Positions 40,744 through 45,561 of a stretch of 45,561 bases of DNA are shown in pieces. The notes below the pieces were generated by a model that worked only from the letters and a program-made list of their open reading frames with translations, had not been told where the DNA came from and did no database searches. Source of the DNA: Elusimicrobiota bacterium (GTDB lineage: Bacteria; Elusimicrobiota; Elusimicrobia; F11); the NCBI GenBank assembly GCA_046153645.1, contig JBJXGI010000060.1, positions 1 through 45,561 of the forward strand, given 5' to 3'. Made by a program: the position numbers and the translations under genes. How positions within the stretch are numbered: position 1 is the first letter of the stretch; each line of letters starts with the position of its first letter.

Positions 40744-41649
40744 ATGAGAAAGTTAGCGTTCATCATCATGAGCTTGGGTCTGGCGGGCAGTGTGCAAGCC
40801 GCTGGGACAAGCTCCGCCCAGTTCCTTAAATTGGGTGCGGGTGCAAAAGCTGCGGCCTTGGGTGAAGCCGCCGTTTCAGTAACCGATGATGTGACAGCCG
40901 CATATTGGAATCCCGCAGGACTATCAAAAGTAGAATCAACTGAATTGGCACTGATGCAAAATTCCTATTTAGTGGATACGAATTATCAGTATGCCGGGTT
41001 GGCTCTTCCAACGAGAAACTACACTTTTGCGTTCTCGTTTTATCGAATGGATTATGGTTCGATTGATAGTTATAACGCTTCCAATGTGAAACAAGGCAGT
41101 TTTAATGCTGGTTCTATGGCGGGCAGCATTTCATTAGCTAAAAAATTAAGTGACTCTGCTTCTATGGGAATGTCTCTTAAATACATATCTGAATCCATTG
41201 AAAACGAAAGCGGAACCGCTTTTGCCGCTGATTTTGGCGGAATAATGAAAGTATCCCGGTTTTCTATCGGAGCTTCCATTCAAAACTTAGGATCCAGCAT
41301 TAAGTTTGTTAAAGAAAGTGAAGATCTCCCACTCACAATTCGATTGGGCGCCTCAACACAATTTTTTAATGAAAAGTTAACTGGTGCTTTTGACATTTCA
41401 AAAGCCAGAGATAACGAAGCGACATTCCATACCGGCCTTGATTATAAATTACTCTCAATCGTCAGTTTAAGAGCGGGTTATCAAGTAACACCTGGCAATA
41501 GCTTAAATATTGATGGCATCACTAACATTAGTGGCGGAATGGGTATTAGTTTAAAAAACTTCAACATCGACTATGCGGTATCTCCTTTTGGAGATTTAGG
41601 CATGGCTCATCGAATTAGCCTCAAGTACAAATTCGCTGCTCGTGAATAA
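40744..41649 (+). CDS. PorV/PorQ-like (UPF0164) outer-membrane beta-barrel protein
   Basis: Signal peptide; FLKLGAGAKAAALGEA...AAYWNPAGL; IDYAVSPFGDLGMAHRISL.YKF terminus. Confidence 0.87.
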   Translation: MRKLAFIIMSLGLAGSVQAAGTSSAQFLKLGAGAKAAALGEAAVSVTDDVTAAYWNPAGLSKVESTELALMQNSYLVDTNYQYAGLALPTRNYTFAFSFYRMDYGSIDSYNASNVKQGSFNAGSMAGSISLAKKLSDSASMGMSLKYISESIENESGTAFAADFGGIMKVSRFSIGASIQNLGSSIKFVKESEDLPLTIRLGASTQFFNEKLTGAFDISKARDNEATFHTGLDYKLLSIVSLRAGYQVTPGNSLNIDGITNISGGMGISLKNFNIDYAVSPFGDLGMAHRISLKYKFAARE

Positions 41650-41728
41650 TTTGTATTGAACGAAACCTGCCTTACCTCCTTCATGAACCTATAGCAACTT
41701 GGGTTAAGTGAGTGATCCATTTTTTTAC

Positions 41729-41757
41729 TTGAATCAACACCACCTTCCCGTTAGAAT
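41729..41757 (+). promoter_or_regulatory. Sigma70-like promoter upstream of the attC-like site
   Basis: TTGAAT-17 bp-TAGAAT. Confidence 0.55.
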
Positions 41758-41798
41758 CCCCATATGCAACAACATCCTCTGACCCGCGGAGCGGCTTC

Positions 41799-41859
41799 GT
41801 CTAACATGTTTTATCCGCCATGCCTCTCGGCACATCGGATAAAACACTATTTGTTGGAC
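41799..41859. mobile_element. attC-like integron recombination site (61 bp)
   Basis: RYYYAAC (GTCTAAC) and GTTRRRY (GTTGGAC) ends enclosing an 11-bp perfect inverted repeat TGTTTTATCCG/CGGATAAAACA and an inner TGCC/GGCA hairpin. Confidence 0.6.
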
Positions 41860-41888
41860 CGCTGATTAGAAGTGCTGTGGGGGGAGGC

Positions 41889-42812
41889 ATGATAAAGACG
41901 TTCGTTATCGCGAGTATTTTTGGAGTGTGCTCGTCATTGGCGTTCGGGCAAGACAAAAATAGGTCAGGAGCGTTATCTAACCGGTTTATCGATGAGGATG
42001 CCAATGTCCTTTTTTATTATCCAAATGACTACTCGGTAACCAAAGAGGGCGTCTCCATGCATTTATCAGGAGATGGAATCTGTGAATTCGATTTTCAGAG
42101 AATCGTGGAGAAAGATATTTCCGGTTTCAAACAGGAGGCATCCGATTTTGCGCGTGTACTGATGGCTGATGGCCCGGGTACAACGTTGACTACTCAGATC
42201 ATTAGCGAGCGTGAGCTAGCAATGAGGTCGGGTATTTTTGGAACCGAATACTCTTTGGTTTTCGTTTGTTCGGGTGATTGTGAGAATTATAAGTTGGAAG
42301 ATGGCTTCGACGCTAAGAAGCCTATTTCTATCTATGTTTTCGGCATTCCGCAGCGATGTGGATTTAGCTTAATTCGATTTGGCGGCGAAGCCAGGACGAC
42401 GGTTTCACGTGAGACCCTTTTCAAAATATTTGAAACCATCGGACAAGGTCACCCAGATAAATGGGTGGCAGAAGCATTAGCCCCATCTCCTTCCTGGTCT
42501 GATTTCTTTAGACGTTATCAACGGTACGGTTACTGTGATGACAACGATACTCAACTTTCATTTTCTCGATCAGCATCTCTCATTTTTACGCAGCAGTGGG
42601 ACCAAATATCTTACGTGCGAAATTCGAAATTGGCAGACCCCTCTTCGTTTAAATTTGTGCTTAGGCATATTGACGCGACATGGAGCGCAGATTCTCTCAA
42701 CCAACTAAGGTCCAATGCAGAAACGAATTGCTTAGACAGATTATTCTATGGGGAGATTTGCGAAAAACTTAAAGAGGCAGCTGAAGCGGCGATAGCCGTA
42801 AAGCGGAAGTGA
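41889..42812 (+). CDS. Exported hypothetical protein, probable gene-cassette cargo
   Basis: SD GGGGAGG then ATG 41889; signal peptide ending AFG; several Cys; visibly more GC-rich than neighbours. Confidence 0.7.
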   Translation: MIKTFVIASIFGVCSSLAFGQDKNRSGALSNRFIDEDANVLFYYPNDYSVTKEGVSMHLSGDGICEFDFQRIVEKDISGFKQEASDFARVLMADGPGTTLTTQIISERELAMRSGIFGTEYSLVFVCSGDCENYKLEDGFDAKKPISIYVFGIPQRCGFSLIRFGGEARTTVSRETLFKIFETIGQGHPDKWVAEALAPSPSWSDFFRRYQRYGYCDDNDTQLSFSRSASLIFTQQWDQISYVRNSKLADPSSFKFVLRHIDATWSADSLNQLRSNAETNCLDRLFYGEICEKLKEAAEAAIAVKRK

Positions 42813-43066
42813 TGGTGGCAGCGCGGCCCGACAAGCGGGGATAGAACCTGCGTCATAATTATTTTTCCGATGAGGAATGAAGCAAAGCAGACAAAGTTTT
42901 AGTGTGAAAGTGGCGAGTGGTTTTTATTTTTTCTTCATCTAACGCATCAACATCAGAAACCTCATCTCATTACGCCTGAACCAAACCCTGAACCCCGAGA
43001 ATCGAGTGTAGATAAGGGGTCAAGTCTCGACATGCGACTCTCAAAATCTTGATTTTTTACTTTTAG

Positions 43067-43094
43067 TTGACTTATCGTTTTCGCCTGCTAAAAT
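43067..43094 (+). promoter_or_regulatory. Sigma70-like promoter
   Basis: TTGACT-16 bp-TAAAAT with extended -10 TG. Confidence 0.55.
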
Positions 43095-43140
43095 ACACTC
43101 CCCTCAAAATAATGGCCCCGCCAGAAAAGGGAGAACTCAA

Positions 43141-43449
43141 ATGAAAGAAAAATATGTGACAGAAAAGCTGTTCTTGGAAACGAGAAAGGAAATAGACGAA
43201 CGGTTTGAGCAGGTGGATCAGCGTTTTGATGAACTTGATCAAAAAGTAAATCGAATTGCCTTATCTCTCGTTAAAACGCAGGAAGAAGTGAAAGAAATCC
43301 GAGAAACCATGGCCACAAAAAGTGATATTCAAAAAGTTTTAGATACAGTTGAGGCATTTGCCACTAGTACCGCCAGCTTAGATAGAAGCGCCATTATTCA
43401 TGAATACCGCTTATCTCTACTTGAAAAACATTGCGGGGTTAATAAATAA
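43141..43449 (+). CDS. Small coiled-coil hypothetical protein
   Basis: Heptad repeats IDERFEQ-VDQRFDE-LDQKVNR, MATKSDI; SD AGGGAG. Confidence 0.75.
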   Translation: MKEKYVTEKLFLETRKEIDERFEQVDQRFDELDQKVNRIALSLVKTQEEVKEIRETMATKSDIQKVLDTVEAFATSTASLDRSAIIHEYRLSLLEKHCGVNK

Positions 43450-43636
43450 TATTCAGAAGTACTTCCTTTTTCAAAACAGGCAGTATGTCGAAATATCCCC
43501 CCAATAACTTTTATTAAACCTAAAGTTAACAACCGAAATGAAGTTCTCTTTTTTTAGCTGAGAATACAATACGTTTTTGGTGTGAATTATTGGTGACAGC
43601 CTTGAATTTAACCATAAAACCCCCCACACTTAGAAC

Positions 43637-45205
43637 ATGAAGTCAACAGCAGAATTCAAGTTCATAAAATTAATGGCCTTCGGCGTGTTCCTGATCAAAG
43701 GAGTATTTGCTTCTTTTGATCCACTTCCCGTTGGTGGACGGGCGGCTGGAATGGGAGAAGCCTATTCTGCTATTGCTGACGATATTTACGCACTTTATTA
43801 TAACCCCGCCGGAATTCTTCAAATTAATCGACCAGAGTTTGGTACTTATTATTCTCAACTATACCCTGGTTTAACTGACAGCTCTAAGATTTCTCGAATG
43901 TATATTGGTTATGGCCAACCATTTGGGAAAAACGGCAAACATGGCGGTATTGGCGTTAGTTATCTGTCTCTAGGCCTCCCTAGCCTTTATAAAGAAGAAG
44001 CCTTTGGACTGACCTATGGTTATGAATACCGACATTTATGGAATTTTGGGACAACAGTTAAATTACTGAGGAAACAAATTGGGTCTGACAACTACACCAG
44101 TAACGCGATTGATCCTATTACTGGAAACAGCACTGGATCACCTGATCCTTTATTAGCTAAATCTAAAAGCGCTTCAGGAATTGGTCTTGATTTAGGCTTT
44201 CAATATAGACTTACCAGCGCTTACGCACTAGGTCTTGTCGCGAGAAACATCAACAATCCCAGTCTTTCTATTGCCGATGGAGGAGACAAAGCCTCTTCCG
44301 TTTACAGTGCCGCGTTGGCACGAAAATTGCGAAAAGGATCATTGAACCTGGAAATAACACAATGGAAAACAATCGACAGTAATCTCAAATTATCCTTAGG
44401 TGGAGAACATTGGTTCAAAAATGGTTTTGGACTTCGAGCCGGTGGAAGCTTTGGGAATCGAAACCTTTCAAACATAAGCTTTGGCAGTTCATATAAAATG
44501 GAATCTTTCCAACTTGATTATGCGGCTATTTTGCCTCTTCAAGGGATCGAGGGGACCCTTGGAATTCAACAAGTATCTTTAACCGTGAGATTGGGTAAAC
44601 CACCTGTAGATGCTCTTGAAGTACAATTATTAAAAGAAAAAGAAGATCGTATTCGAGCTGAGAGTGAAGCGCGCTATGCAAAAGCGGAAAGTGATCGATT
44701 AAAAGCTCAACTTTATGCATTAACTGAAGCCAAATCACAGGCACAAAAAGAAATTGAGAAACAAGCAGCTCAAAAAACACTCGATGAAGCCAGACAAGCA
44801 GAAAAAGCAAGAACACTGAAAAATCAAAATATTGAATCTGATAAAGTTATTTTTAATTCTTATACCAATGCCCTAGCAGAATACAATTCTAAAGTTTCTG
44901 ATGGTATAAGCCTTTCAGATAAACGAAAAATACTAGAGAAGATACAAAATGATTTCGCTGGTAAAGGGGTAGATACTTCTACCATCATAAGAGAACTGAG
45001 AAATTTAAAAATAGAAGAATCTAAATCAAAAAAAGACTTTGATCTATCGTTGAGTTTCTATCAACGGCTTGCACAACAAGGAGCATCAATAGAAGAACGC
45101 AAAGGAATGTTAGATAGAATTATCCAAAAATACAAAGGATCAGGCGTTGATGTTTCAGAAGCAGAAAAAGAAATGAAAACTCTTTCAGAAGGGAAGTCTA
45201 ATTAA
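43637..45205 (+). CDS. PorV/PorP-like beta-barrel with C-terminal coiled coil and a tandem helical repeat
   Basis: GGRAAGMGEAY..IADD..ALYYNPAG N-terminus; barrel ends QLDYA...QQVSLTVRLG; then charged coiled coil and two ~50-aa repeats. Confidence 0.82.
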   Translation: MKSTAEFKFIKLMAFGVFLIKGVFASFDPLPVGGRAAGMGEAYSAIADDIYALYYNPAGILQINRPEFGTYYSQLYPGLTDSSKISRMYIGYGQPFGKNGKHGGIGVSYLSLGLPSLYKEEAFGLTYGYEYRHLWNFGTTVKLLRKQIGSDNYTSNAIDPITGNSTGSPDPLLAKSKSASGIGLDLGFQYRLTSAYALGLVARNINNPSLSIADGGDKASSVYSAALARKLRKGSLNLEITQWKTIDSNLKLSLGGEHWFKNGFGLRAGGSFGNRNLSNISFGSSYKMESFQLDYAAILPLQGIEGTLGIQQVSLTVRLGKPPVDALEVQLLKEKEDRIRAESEARYAKAESDRLKAQLYALTEAKSQAQKEIEKQAAQKTLDEARQAEKARTLKNQNIESDKVIFNSYTNALAEYNSKVSDGISLSDKRKILEKIQNDFAGKGVDTSTIIRELRNLKIEESKSKKDFDLSLSFYQRLAQQGASIEERKGMLDRIIQKYKGSGVDVSEAEKEMKTLSEGKSN

Positions 45206-45219
45206 AAAAGTACAATACG

Positions 45220-45561
45220 ATGAAAATGAATAAAGCACTCATATTTATAGGACTTTCGATTCTTATATCTCCCATGGGAATTTCTTCCAGTCAATCTATA
45301 GGCGGAGTGGTTCTAACGGATGTAGCGCCACGTATTGTAACGCCCAATGGCGACGCATTAAATGACGTTGTATTTTTCAAGTTTGACTCTAACCTCGCAG
45401 GGATCCCAATAGAAAGTCAAATCGTTGATATTTCAGGAGCGAAAGTAGCAAATCTTGAATTCAATTCGAATGAAACTGCGCTTTTATGGAATGGAAAAGA
45501 TACTTCGGGCAATATTGTTCCGGCAGGAATCTATATTTATTCCATCATCATAGGAAAGAAA
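45220..45561 (+). CDS. Partial ORF: signal peptide followed directly by a T9SS type-B-like (CHU_C/FlgD-Ig) domain
   Basis: Hand translation MKMNKALIFIGLSILISPMG...PRIVTPNGDALNDVVFF...LLWNGKDTSGNIVPAGIYIY; open to window end. Confidence 0.82.
   Translation, partial: MKMNKALIFIGLSILISPMGISSSQSIGGVVLTDVAPRIVTPNGDALNDVVFFKFDSNLAGIPIESQIVDISGAKVANLEFNSNETALLWNGKDTSGNIVPAGIYIYSIIIGKK

Overview
AT-rich bacterial chromosomal segment, most likely Elusimicrobiota. This is an inference from the EF-Tu switch-I variant [13 protein letters not shown] and the PorV-like barrels with T9SS-CTD-like proteins. From left to right: (i) ~350 bp of eukaryote-like DNA joined to a truncated gene, a probable chimera; (ii) a Rieske/cytochrome b operon directly after rplA-rplK-nusG-secE-tRNA-Trp-rpmG-tuf-tRNA-Thr-tRNA-Gly (all minus strand); (iii) a compact six-gene operon encoding an exported TPR protein, a natural FliF(RBM3)-FliG fusion, MotA, two different MotB proteins and a REC-GGDEF protein, with no other flagellar genes in the window; (iv) a ~25 kb co-oriented biosynthetic block (leu/ilv/cimA, pssA/psd, lysC/thrB, thi, acc, efp, aro, pmbA) that includes a catalytically dead IlvD homologue and an FHA protein; (v) plus-strand envelope genes (CTD-bearing metalloprotease, two PorV-like barrels, an apparently stand-alone CTD protein) and a probable solitary integron cassette. 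The best candidate for a novel system is the minimal rotary-motor operon. Its TPR protein shares an ungapped ~50-aa domain with the C-terminal tail of a PorV-like barrel encoded ~33 kb away, which suggests a motor-coupled outer-membrane secretion or surface-motility machine. No database searches were run, so novelty is unverified.
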